Part shown: piece by piece, positions 1 through 10,886 of the stretch
Position numbering within the stretch: position 1 is the first letter of the stretch
How the letters are laid out: each line of letters begins with the position of its first letter
Origin: Octopus sinensis
Lineage: Eukaryota
DNA length: 32,474 nt
NCBI RefSeq assembly: GCF_006345805.1
Contig: NW_021829676.1
Coordinates: 1-32,474, forward strand
Reading direction: 5' to 3'
Notes under the pieces: generated by a model
Databases searched by the model: none
The model's input: only the letters and a program-made list of their open reading frames with translations
What the model was told of the DNA's origin: nothing
Made by a program: the position numbers and the translations under genes

Positions 1-370
1 TTCGCGTCATCGCTTTTATTTATTTATTTATTTTTTTACTTCAGTTTCTTATGAATAAATTACTGAAAGAGTTTTCCATGTTTTTCTATGTTTTTTCAGG
101 ATTTAAGATGCTCTATTTTTGCTTGTTGGTTTATTTTCACTTCTTTCAAAAAAAAAACCAAAACAAAACAGAAAAAAAACAGAAAGTTATTTATTTATTC
201 AAAATAGTTTTTTTGTGTTGTATGGGCTGTGCTTGTGTTGTCTTTGTCTCTGTGTTGTGCTGTAGTTTCCTCTCTTCTTTCTTTTTCTCTATTTGTAGTT
301 TGCATGTTTTCAGAGCCTCGCATTCTTATTATATATGTATAAGTGTGCAGTGGACGTGTAGACTTGCCTC

Positions 371-590
371 TGTGTGTGTGTGCTTGTATATATGTAGGAG
401 AAAACCGTTGATCTTTTCTTTTCTCAAAGTGGGAGTAACGCAACTTTATATCTGGAAGTCTGTGACAGTGTATATATATGTATATGTATGAATGTATGCG
501 CGCTTGCGTGTGTATGCATAATTGTGTGTGTGTGTATATGCGCATTTGTGTGTGGATGTGTAATTCGATGTGTGTGTGTATGCGTGTGTT
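371..590. repeat. Mixed (TG)n/(TA)n/(TATG)n microsatellite region
   Basis: Runs of tgtgtg, tatata and gtatgtat. They account for the low-complexity ORFs 51..491 and 195..608. Confidence 0.85.
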
Positions 591-655
591 TATGGCTTCC
601 TGGTTCATCTCCTAATTTCAATATTCTCAATCTTATCTTATAGCATACATAAAAC

Positions 656-656
<1 letters not shown>

Positions 657-714
<58 letters not shown>

Positions 715-756
715 TATTATCACTATTATTATTAAAATAAAGAAATCATTCTTCTT

Positions 757-787
<31 letters not shown>

Positions 788-875
788 TTATTATTATTAT
801 TATTATATTATTATTAATTATTATTATTATCATCATTATTATTATTATTATTATATATATTATTATTATTATGAA
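657..875. repeat. Compound (ATT)n-(TTC)n-(ATT)n microsatellite
   Basis: (ATT)n about 657-735, about 12 TTC units at 749-786, then interrupted (ATT)n to about 875. Confidence 0.95.
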
Positions 876-884
876 TATTATCGT

Positions 885-1585
885 CACAGAGTCAGACAAA
901 ATGCTTAGCGACATATCTTCTGGCTCTTTACGATATGTGCTCAAACCCCACCGGGGTCAGCTTGGCTTTTCGTCCTTTTGGGGGTGAATCAACTAAGATA
1001 CTAGGTAAATACTAGGGGAGCTGTAATCGACTTACCGCCTCCCTCAAAATTTAAGGCCTTGTGCTTATTGTAGAAAGAATTATTATAAGGCCGTGAGCTA
1101 GCAGAATCGTTAGCATGCCGGACAAAATGCTTGGCGGCATTTCCTCCGTCTTTAGATTGTGAGTTCAAATTCAGTTCGGATCAACTTTGTCTTTCATCCT
1201 TTCGGGGTCAATAAAATCAGAACGAATCAAGTAAATCTAGGGAGTGATGGAATTAACTTACACTCCACCACACCTCCAAAAATCCTGGCCTTGACCCAAA
1301 ATTTGAAAACAAAAAACGGCGAGCTGGCAGGATCATTATCAGGTCGTCGCAGAAAGCACTTAGCGACATTTGTTCCAGCTTTTACATTTGAATTCAGTTA
1401 CTGCAGAATTACTCCTTTAAGAGTAATTTGCAGTTGAACACTGGGGTTGATATAAATTGTCTTAGCTTACCTCAAAATTGCTTGTTTGCCGCCAAGTTTA
1501 GTTGCGTACTGAGGTCGATCTCATCGACTAGTCCTCTCCCCCAAAATTTCAGAATTTGTGTCTATCGTAGAAAGAATTATTATCT
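885..1585 (+). mobile_element. Three to four head-to-tail degenerate SINE-1 copies (older, tail type B)
   Basis: Repeated head 'gagct(a/g)gcagaatcgttagc..caaaatgctt', B-box-like 'gagttcaaattc', core 'ctttcatcctttcggggtc', and tail 'ccctcaaaattt..ggccttgtg..tagaaagaattattat' at about 890-1085, 1087-1310 and 1316-1585. Confidence 0.75.
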
Positions 1586-1628
1586 CTACCATCAATGCAC
1601 CTCATATATATATATATATATATATTAT

Positions 1629-2034
1629 ACTCTTATTTACTCTTTTACTTGTTTCAGTCATTTGACTGCGGCCATGCTGGAGCACCGCTTTTTTTAATCG
1701 AGCAACTCGACCCGGGGACTTATTCTTTTATAAGCCCAGTACTTATTCTATCGGTCTCTTTTGCCGAACCGCTAATTAACGGGGACATAAATACACCAGC
1801 ATCGGTTGTCAAGCAATGCTAGAGGGACAAACACAGACACACAAACACACACACGCATATATATACATATATACGACGGGCTTCTTTCAGTTTCCGTCTA
1901 CCAAATCCACTCACAAGGATTTGGTCGGCCCGAGGCTATAGTAGAAGACACTTACCCAAGGTGCCACGCAGTGGGACTGAACCCGGAACCATATGGTTGG
2001 TAAACAAGCTACTTACCACACAGCCACTCCTATG

Positions 2035-2035
<1 letters not shown>
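1629..2035 (-). mobile_element. SINE-2: full-length tRNA-derived SINE with a CORE-like segment and an internal CA/TA microsatellite
   Basis: The minus strand reads gcataggagtggctgtgtggtaag (A-box-like) ... ggttcagtccc (B-box-like) ... ccttgggtaagtgtcttc (resembles the start of the MIR/CORE domain) ... and ends in a (gagtaaaa)-like tail. Partial copies at 3996-4190, 27062-27245 and 30249-30515. Octopus OR1/OR2 SINEs are described as CORE-SINEs, but identity with them was not verified. Confidence 0.8.
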
Positions 2036-2266
<231 letters not shown>

Positions 2267-2450
2267 TGAGAATTTACAAAAACAACAAAAGACGAAGACG
2301 GGCGTGTAAACAACAAGCAGTTGTATTAGTTTAACGCTCGGGAAGTGAGAAAGTCTTTTCATGTTTCGAGCCTACGCTCTTCGACAGAAAGGAACACAGA
2401 TATAAACAGGGAGTGAAAACAGAAAAAGGTTTAGTGGCTAACGATCTATC
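2267..2450 (-). mobile_element. TA-tract-flanked non-autonomous element with a hammerhead-like motif (probable Penelope-like terminal repeat fragment)
   Basis: Shares 'gtattag....acgctc.gggaag' and 'gtttcgag....cgctcttc' with 29833-30030. Minus strand 2354-2393 reads UCCUUU-CUGUCGA-A-GAGC-GUAG-GCUC-GAAAC-AUG-AAAAGA. Confidence 0.5.
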
Positions 2451-2581
2451 ATGGCAAAATATGTATATTGCTCATGGATGAGAATCAGATATTCTCAGTA
2501 TAGTATACACTTAATAGTGCTCAAGAAAGTTGAACTTGAGCGGGCATTTCCTTCCTTTAACACCTCAAATGTATAATCTCT

Positions 2582-2646
2582 TCCCTGAAGATGGAATCAA
2601 TCTACAAACATTTTGGGCAACCGAGCCTCCAGAAACAGTTGTTGGA
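2582..2646 (+). ncRNA. Candidate minimal type I hammerhead ribozyme (Penelope-associated type)
   Basis: TCC (stem I, 2582-84), CTGAAGA core (2585-91), TGGA...TCCA stem II (2592-95/2628-31), GAAA, near-palindromic stem III ACAGTTGT (2635-42), T at the cleavage position (2643), GGA stem I partner (2644-46). Stem I is only 3 bp. Confidence 0.55.
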
Positions 2647-3120
2647 TTTGTAATACTTTTCTTCAACCACTTTAGTTCTTTATATCATTTGTATTCTATG
2701 TAAGCCGGACCTTTTTTATGTAAACATATACATATTTCTTGTATTTCATGCATTTAATATACTTTATATACTGACCTGTCTAATTTATTTTTGTATATAC
2801 ATGCATATGTATGTATACACGTAAACAGAAAGAAAGCAAAGACTGTAGATTTTTAGACGATGTATATTTAAGTATAAATATATAGATGCTTAGACATTAA
2901 TAGATCAAGCTGACATAGAGTAAAAACCACAGAGAAAATTAAAAGGGATGAGGTAAGGTACTACAAGTCCAACAGTTGTTTCCGTGACTCCGGAGATCCA
3001 TCATAATGCAGCCAGTAATGGAAGCAAATAAACACTGGATAAATCAAGTCTCCGTCCTTTTTGTCTCTATATGTATGTATATTAAATAGAATTCTCAAAG
3101 GTCATAAGGATTAATACCTA

Positions 3121-3247
3121 TTACCGGCTGAGTAGACTGGAGCAACATGAAATGAACTGTTTTGCTCTTGAATGCAACACATCGCGCGATCCAGGAATCG
3201 AAACAACAATCTTACGATCATGAGTCACTAAGCCAGACACCTCCATA
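3121..3247 (-). mobile_element. SINE-3 truncated copy (head plus CORE-like segment)
   Basis: Minus strand 'tggcttagtg..tcatgatcgtaagattgttgtttcgattcctgg..tcaagagcaaaacagttcatttcatgttgctccagtctactcagc' matches the copy at 3517-3853. Confidence 0.7.
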
Positions 3248-3269
3248 ATGCTTATGCATACTAAGTTAC

Positions 3270-3298
3270 GTATGTATTTATGTATGTATACATATAAT

Positions 3299-3335
<37 letters not shown>

Positions 3336-3388
3336 ACACATATACATAAATACATATACGTGTACATATATACATATATATATGTATG

Positions 3389-3420
<32 letters not shown>

Positions 3421-3516
3421 CATGCATACATACACACACATATATGTATAAAAACATACACACATACATATATATACATAAATACATATACGTGTACATA
3501 TATATACATATATATA
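3270..3516. repeat. Compound TA/CA/TATG microsatellite with an internal 32-bp direct duplication
   Basis: tatacataaatacatatacgtgtacatatata at 3341 and 3473. Confidence 0.9.
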
Positions 3517-3853
3517 AAAGACCCCCTTCGGTCATGAATGACCATGGGATTGCACCTAGAAAGTTACCCTCCTAGACACAAGTCCGGGCAAGGTTGTTTA
3601 TGGAAGACCAGCAGTCGCCCATGCATACCAGCCTCCCCTCTCCACGCCACCAGTGTTATCCAAGGGAAAGACAAAGGTCGATACAGCTTGGCACCAGTGA
3701 CGTCGCAACTCATTTCTACAGCTGAGTGAACTGGAGCAACGTGAAATAAAGTGCCTTGCTCAAGAACACAACACGCAGCCTGGTCCGGGATTCGAGCTCA
3801 CAACCTCACGATCGTAAGCCCGACGCTCTAACCACTGAGCCATGCGCCTTCAC
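3517..3853 (-). mobile_element. SINE-3: near full-length tRNA-derived SINE with a CORE-like domain
   Basis: Minus strand: gcgcatggctcagtggttagagcgtcgggc (A-box), gagctcgaatccc (B-box), ttcttgagcaaggcactttatttcacgttgctccagttcactcagctgtagaaatgagt (CORE-like), then a distinct 3' tail. Flanked by TA tracts. Confidence 0.82.
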
Positions 3854-3995
3854 ATATATATATATACATATATACATATATATGTATATATATATATATA
3901 CACGTATATATCTGTATATATATATATATGTATATGTATATGTGTATGTTTATATACATATATATGTGTGTGTATGTATGTATGCATGTATGTAT

Positions 3996-4190
3996 ATTTC
4001 TGTCCCTACCGCCATCACTTGACAACCGATGGTGATGTGTTTACGTCCCCGTAACATAGCGGGTTCCGCAAAAGAGACCGATAGAACTAGTACTAAGGCT
4101 TATAAAGAATAAGTCTCCGGGGTCGATTTGTTCGACTAAAGGCGGTGCTCCAGCATAGCCAATGACTGAAACAAGTAAACGAAATGAAAG
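3996..4190 (+). mobile_element. SINE-2 3' half
   Basis: 'cttgacaaccgatggtgatgtgtttacgtccccgtaac..aaagagaccgatagaa..ggcggtgctccagcat..aatgactgaaacaagtaaa' is the reverse complement of the 1629-1830 segment. Confidence 0.85.
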
Positions 4191-4420
4191 TGGATATTGT
4201 TATCCGGGTCTCTACTCGGGCTGTGCTCTTCTTTACCTGTCGTGATTTATTCACATATTTATATATACATACCTACACAACACATACACACACACGCACA
4301 TACACACTCACATCCCCCACACACTCACACTCACACAATGGCGCATATCCCTTCATATCTGTGGATAAATGACAGCTTTCCTTTCAATTCCACATTTTCC
4401 TGCCAACCGAACCATTGACG

Positions 4421-4566
4421 TCATGTCACCGTTGACACCACGACCAAGGCAATCGCCATCTTCGACGTCATCGTCGCCGTCGTTATCATCATGATCGACG
4501 TCGTTATCACCACCGTCACCACCATCACCTCTACCATCATCGTCATCATCTTCGTCGTCGTCATCC

Positions 4567-4597
<31 letters not shown>

Positions 4598-4852
4598 AAT
4601 CACCACCATCATCATCACCATCACCATCATCACCGTCACCATCATGATCATGATCATCACCATCACCATCATCACCATCACCATCATCACCATCACCATC
4701 ACCATCATCATCATCATCATCACCATCAACATCATCATCACCACCACTATCATCATCATCACCACCACTATCATCATCATCAACATCATCATCACCACCA
4801 CTATCATCATCATCATCACCATCACCATCATCACCATCACCATCATCACCAT

Positions 4853-4925
<73 letters not shown>

Positions 4926-4975
4926 GTCATCATCATCATCATTCTCATCATCGCCATCATCGTCATCATCATCTT
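4421..4975. repeat. Cryptic (ATC/ACC/GTC)n trinucleotide array
   Basis: Continuous in-phase catcat/caccat/cgtcat. It produces the poly-D, poly-M and poly-I ORFs. Confidence 0.95.
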
Positions 4976-4984
4976 TGTCACTCG

Positions 4985-5340
4985 TCACATGTATTGTAAC
5001 CATTCTATCAACAAAACACACAAGCAAACACATTCATACACACATACATACCTGCATACACGCACACACGCACACACATACATTGACACAAAAACACTTA
5101 AATACTCATACAAACACGCACACACGCACACACAAATACACACACAAAAGCACATTCACATAGGCACACATATACATATTGCACCATCCAACACACTCAT
5201 ACACTCAAATACACTCACAAAGACATACATACATACACACAAACACGCACCTTCAAATACACACAGATAGACACACACACACACACACACACATACACAC
5301 ACATATATGAATATACACACGCATACGCATGCGTGTAGGA
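4985..5340. repeat. Degenerate (CA)n-rich tract
   Basis: Direct reading. Confidence 0.85.
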
Positions 5341-5480
5341 GCACACGCGGCAATCTTTCATCGATGCATCACAATCAATCAACCGTCAACCCAACCAAAG
5401 TTTATTCATTATTGTGGTTGTTTGTTTGTAACGTTGTTATTGTTGTCAATATTTCTAGTTGCTTTAGTAGTTGCTGCTGC

Positions 5481-5514
<34 letters not shown>

Positions 5515-5940
5515 GCTCTTGTTATGATAGAATTATGATAGCAATGTGGTGGAGAGGCGAAATGTGGGTGCTTAACGTGTCCGTATATGGCAGAGGTTTA
5601 TAACAAACAACAACGCCATTTTCTCTCCTATGATAATGTCAGCAAAAATCCTGTGATCATCCACTGACAAGAACCTACACGTTTTATTAGCAAAGTTCGA
5701 TCCCCAAGAGGGAATTTTCAGGATGAACTCAATGTAACTTGTACATAAATATATTCGTTCCAAACCGCTCTCCCTTCTCTTTCTTTCCCTTCCCGCCATC
5801 TCTCTCTCTCTCTCGTTCTTTCTCTTTCTCATCCTCTCTGTTTGCCACCTCCCTTTCGTTCCTCGGAGTTCAGGCCTCACCCGGCACCTTTCTAATAAGG
5901 CGCTGAGTGATGCTCCCTGTCATATTGTCGACTTTGGTGT

Positions 5941-6740
<800 letters not shown>

Positions 6741-7122
6741 TTACATATACGTATGTGTATGCTCTAAAACATCTAAAACAATCTAAAAAAATGTGCATCA
6801 TAAGGATCATACATATATGATGTGAGTAGAGAGTAGTATATATATATATAGTGAGAGAAGAACAGAGACTGGGGTAAAAAGAGAGAGAGAGGGGGAAAAT
6901 AAGGGTGAAAAAGAGGGATAATAAGAGAGGGTGAGAAGCAGATATGTGTAGAACTGTTTGTTGGTATGCACGTATAGAAATAGCAAGAAACGAACTCAGA
7001 ACGCATAGGCGTGTACATTAAACTCTGTTTGCATGTGTTTATGTCTTATAATGTGTGGTATATATATATATATGAGAGTCTAATTTTTTTTTAAGATTGT
7101 TGCTATTATATATGCTACCAAC

Positions 7123-7534
7123 GGTGGCGAGCTGGCAGAAACGTTAGCACGCCGGGCGAAATGCGTAGTCGTATTTCATCTGCCATTACGTTCTGAGTTC
7201 AAATTCCGCCGAGGTCGACTTTGCCTCTCATCCTTTCGGGGTCGGTAAATTAAGTACCAGTTACGCAGTGGGGTCGATATAATCGACTTAATCCGTTTGT
7301 CTGTCCTTGTTTGTCCTCTCTGTGTGGTAGTAAAGAAATAGAAATATGTATTTCGCCTGCCGTTACGTTCTGAGTTCAAATTCCGCCGAGGTCGACTTTG
7401 CATTTCATCCTTTAGGGGTCGATGAAATAAGTGCCAGTTACGCACTGGGGTTGGTGTAATCGACTTAATCTCTTTGTCTGTCCTTGTTTGTCCCCTCTAT
7501 GTTTAGCGCCGCTGTGTGCAATAAAGAAATAAAT
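7123..7534 (+). mobile_element. SINE-1 dimer (young, tail type A)
   Basis: ggtggcgagctggcagaaacgttagcacgccgggcgaaatgc head, gagttcaaattcc B-box, core and tail ending aaagaaata. A second unit restarts at tatttcgcctgcc (about 7349). Confidence 0.9.
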
Positions 7535-7971
7535 AATTATAGAAGCTATACAAGGAAGTATGTATTTATGAGAGTATGTATGAGAGATAAAAATAAGATG
7601 GAGAAAGGAAGAGGGAGAGGGAGAGGATGGAGGAGAGAGAGAGAAAGGAATGGAAGAGAGAAAGAGAGAGCGAGAGGGAGAGAAAATGGAAGAGCTCATT
7701 TGTTTAAAGCTCAATGTCTCTTCCATGCGAGGCAAACTCTGAGATAGAATTCAAAATGTCATCATTTCTGTTCAGATTTACAAAATCTAAACAAAGCGAA
7801 AAATAATTATAGTTATGATAATTGTTGCTTGGTATCATGTATGAACAGAACTTATAGAACAGAACTATGGTCAAAAGTAGTCTAACGCTCAACATACTAT
7901 CTTTTTCACATGGTCTTCTCTGATCAATTTCGTCAGTATAACTGTATAACATCATTTTGCCTGCTGAAATC

Positions 7972-8170
7972 CATGCCTGCGAGACATTGACGACAAATGG
8001 AAAACAAAATTTATTCCATTAAAAGTTCCTCAGAAAGATCCTCAAAGTAAACTGGTAGAGCCGTGTCACAAATGAGGAGATTTGGAAAAGAGTGAGATCG
8101 CGACCAATGCAGGAACTTGCAGTGGAGTGCTGATTCCGCCTAGCTGACTACATTCTCCGTGAAGCCCAGT
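7972..8170 (+). pseudogene. RTE-clade LINE ORF C-terminal remnant, part 1
   Basis: Translates with stops and frameshifts to HACET..L..QMENKI.. / FLRKILKVNW*SRVTNEEIWKRVRSRPMQELAVEC*FRLADYILRE. This matches the RTE pattern LRKILxIxWxDxVTNEEVxxR...RLxGHILR. Confidence 0.65.
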
Positions 8171-8486
8171 GGTTCACTGCCATTTTAATCAATGGACCCT
8201 TTTAATTACTATTCTATTCTGGTAAATAACACTTCGATGTTTAAAAACTAATCTTATAGATACAAAATTCCTGTTTTGTTTTTTATGCCTTAACTTTTGT
8301 CGGTTGAACTAAGATGTTAGAGAACTAAATCTAGTTGTTTCTCGCAATAAATACACCCAAAGCGATATTTTTCGTGGAACCTTAATATACAAGTGCGGTC
8401 CCCAATTTACTATTTTACTTGCGTGGACCCCCAAAAATCTTTTATGGATTCCTAGCGGTCATATGAATCCCGATGGAGAATCGCCG
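8167..8486. mobile_element. Degenerate hAT-like MITE inserted in the RTE remnant
   Basis: Ends resemble CAGTGGTTC.../...GAGAACCACTG-type termini, with subterminal ggaccc motifs. gcccagt occurs at both junctions (8164-70 and 8487-93). Removing the insert rejoins the RTE frame. Confidence 0.4.
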
Positions 8487-8532
8487 GCCCAGTCGATGAA
8501 TGACACTCGAAAACAGCCATGACTAGAGTACC

Positions 8533-8990
8533 TATTCCTTTACTACCTCTCTGTGTTTAGTCACAGAGAGGACAAATAAGGACAGACAAACGGATTAAGT
8601 CGATTACATCGACCCCAGTGCACAACTGGTACTTAATTTATCGACCCCGAAAGGATGAAAGGCAAAGTCGACCTCGGCGGAACTTGAACTCAGAACGTAA
8701 AGACCGACGAAATACTGCTCAGCATTTCGCCCGGCGTGCTAACGTTTCTGCCAGCTCACCTATTTCTTTACTACCCACAAGGGGCTAAACACAGAGAGGA
8801 CAAACAAGGACAAACGGATTAAGTCGATTACATCGACCCCAGTGCACAACTGGTACTTAATTTATCGACCCCGAAAGGATGAAAGGCAAAGTCGACCTCG
8901 GCGGAATTTGAACTCAGAACGTAAAAGACAGACGAAATACTGCTCAGCATTTCGCCCGGCGTGCTAACGTTTCTGCCAGCTCACCGCCTC
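8533..8990 (-). mobile_element. SINE-1 dimer (two near full-length copies) with a 19-bp TSD
   Basis: Two tandem copies share private variants (cagtgcacaact, tactgctcagc, gctcacc). Flanked by cagccatgactagagtacc (8514-32) and cagccatgacaagggtacc (8995-9013). Confidence 0.9.
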
Positions 8991-8994
8991 ATGT

Positions 8995-9190
8995 CAGCCA
9001 TGACAAGGGTACCACCTGTTGATAGGTGTAGAAAGGAACAGGCTGAAGATCACTTGGCAGCGGACATTTCAAGATGACCTGAAGACAGTCAACATTATGT
9101 GGATTAGATGTGCAGGGAGTAGCAGCGACCAAATCCTGTACGGAATCCAGTCGCTCGATGCCTAAAGCTACACAAGCTCTGCTCAATCTG
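8995..9190 (+). pseudogene. RTE-clade LINE ORF extreme C-terminus, part 2
   Basis: AMTRVPPVDRCRK / RLKITWQRTFQDDLKTVNIMW.. matches the RTE terminal pattern ALxWxP...RGRPKxTWRRTxxxDL. Confidence 0.65.
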
Positions 9191-9411
9191 TCATTTGACT
9201 GAAAGCCATCGGAACTCTCACGATCCTTTCCTTCTCAGAGTGCATGCCAATTTTGTTCTACTTTTTGAAGATGCTAAGAAGTAATTTAGGAGAAATTCAG
9301 CTGCTATTTCTAGCATGTCTTGTAACCTTAAGTGCTGCTATAACAAAAAAATTTAACATAGCCGATAAAACAATGTTACATAAGGTATTGTCGGCAACAC
9401 TGAAATGATAT

Positions 9412-9613
9412 TGGTTTCAAATTTTAGCACAAGGCCAACAAGTTCGGTGAAGGAATAAATCGATTAAAGCGACCCCATGGTCAACTGGTACTTACTTTAT
9501 CGACCCCCGAAAGATTGTAAGGCAAAGTCGACCTCGGCGGAATTTGAATAAATTCAGACGAAATGCCGCTAAGCATTTTGCCCGGCGCGGCATCGATTCT
9601 ACCAGTTCACCGC
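9412..9613 (-). mobile_element. SINE-1 older copy, tail type B
   Basis: ggcaaagtcgacctcggcggaatttgaa core; tail ggtttcaaattttagcacaaggcc. Confidence 0.8.
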
Positions 9614-9759
9614 TTTTCACATTGAATTAATATTAGACAATGTACTTTGATAAACTTGTTCAAAGCTACAGGGTACGGTCGATAGCATTGATGTAAAGTC
9701 AATGAAAGTACACTCGATAAAACTCGATACCAGTAATTAACCGGTATTGATTGTATTGT

Positions 9760-10138
9760 AAAGGCAGCGAGCGAAATGTGTAGCCGTATTTCGTCTGTCT
9801 TTACGTTCTGGGTTCAAATTCCACCGAGGTCGACTTTGCCTTTCATCCTTTCGAGGTCGATAAATTAAGTACCAGTTACGCACTGGGGTCGATGTAATCG
9901 ACTTAATCTGTCTGTCTGTCCTTGTTTGTTCCCTCTTTGTTTAGCCCATTGTGGGTAGTAAAGAAATAGGTATTTCGTCTGCCGTTACGTTCTGAGTTCA
10001 AATTCCGCCGAGGTCGACTTTGCCTTTCATTCTTTCGGGGTCGATTAGATAAGTACCAGTTACACACTGGGGTCGATATAATCGACTTAATCCGTTTATC
10101 CTCTCTGTGTTTAGCCCCTTGTGGGTAGTAAAGAAATA
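9760..10138 (+). mobile_element. SINE-1 dimer with a perfect 16-bp TSD
   Basis: Two units joined at aaagaaatag|gtatttcgtc (about 9969). Flanked by ggtattgattgtattg at 9743-58 and 10139-54. Confidence 0.92.
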
Positions 10139-10275
10139 GGTATTGATTGTATTGATACATGTTGATAGACAGTTGATAAAAGTCAAGAATAAACCCATGA
10201 TGGTTTGCACTGTAGTCCTCTATTAATTTAGTAAACAAAATAATAACAACAACAACAACAATAATTGTAATAATA

Positions 10276-10813
10276 CTGTGCAAAAATTGGAGGCTAGCGA
10301 GATGTGAGACGTGGTATGAGCACAGACCGCAGTGAGTGGCAGAGCCGGAGACTAGCAAAATCCTTTGGGATTTCCCAAACCAAACAGATCAGGTGCTAAA
10401 GCATAACAGACCGGACCTAATGGTGGCGGGCAAGATGCATCACATATGCTATATAGTTGACGTTGCATGCCCTTTAAACCCACGAATAGTCAAGAAGGAA
10501 GGCGAAAAGAATGATAAATACAACCCGGCTATGGAAAATGAAGAAGGTGGAGATGGTGCCAATTATTGTTGGGTTCTTGGGGAGAGTATCAGAAGGCATG
10601 AAGGAGAATATAAAGGAAATTGGAATAGAGTGCCCAGAAGAACTGTTACAAAAGGTTTGCCTCCTTGATACGGCCAGAATAATCAGAAAGGTATTAGAGA
10701 GATGAAAAGAACGAATAACATGGTACCATAGGCTGCAGGTAGTAAACCCGCTACGCATGCAAGACTCTAGGAGCTCCAACAAAATATGTGTTAAAGAGAT
10801 GATGATGATGATG

Positions 10814-10860
<47 letters not shown>
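10276..10860 (+). mobile_element. 5'-truncated R4/Dong-clade non-LTR retrotransposon (restriction-like endonuclease C-terminus, 3' UTR and (GAT)n(AAT)n tail)
   Basis: LCKNWRLARCETWYEHRPQ*VAEPETSKILWDFPNQTDQVLKHNRPDLMV...YIVDVACP...EKNDKY, then a frameshift to RLWKMKKVEMVPIIVGFLG...ELLQKVCLLDTARIIRKVLER* (stop ends 10705). This matches the WYEH..ILWD..QTD..RPD..IDxAxP RLE signature. AAT/AAC repeats on both sides. Confidence 0.85.
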
Positions 10861-10861
<1 letters not shown>

Positions 10862-10886
10862 GTTGCATAAGAAGAGGTACAGTTAA

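Noticed and set aside
4416-4423. Perfect CRE palindrome TGACGTCA
   Set aside because: One 8-mer is expected roughly 0.5 times by chance in 32 kb, and it lies at the edge of a GTC/ATC repeat.
4353-5270. Long ORFs of 186-259 aa (poly-Asp/Gly, poly-Met/Val, poly-Ile/Thr)
   Set aside because: All are frames of one (ATC/ACC)n array, which lacks stops in several frames by composition. No non-repetitive domain or splice context.
7123-7215. tRNA gene-like sequences (also 1990-2035, 3770-3853, 24400-24484, 26440-26514)
   Set aside because: A-box and B-box motifs are present, but there is no intact acceptor stem or oligo-T terminator, and each continues into a SINE body.
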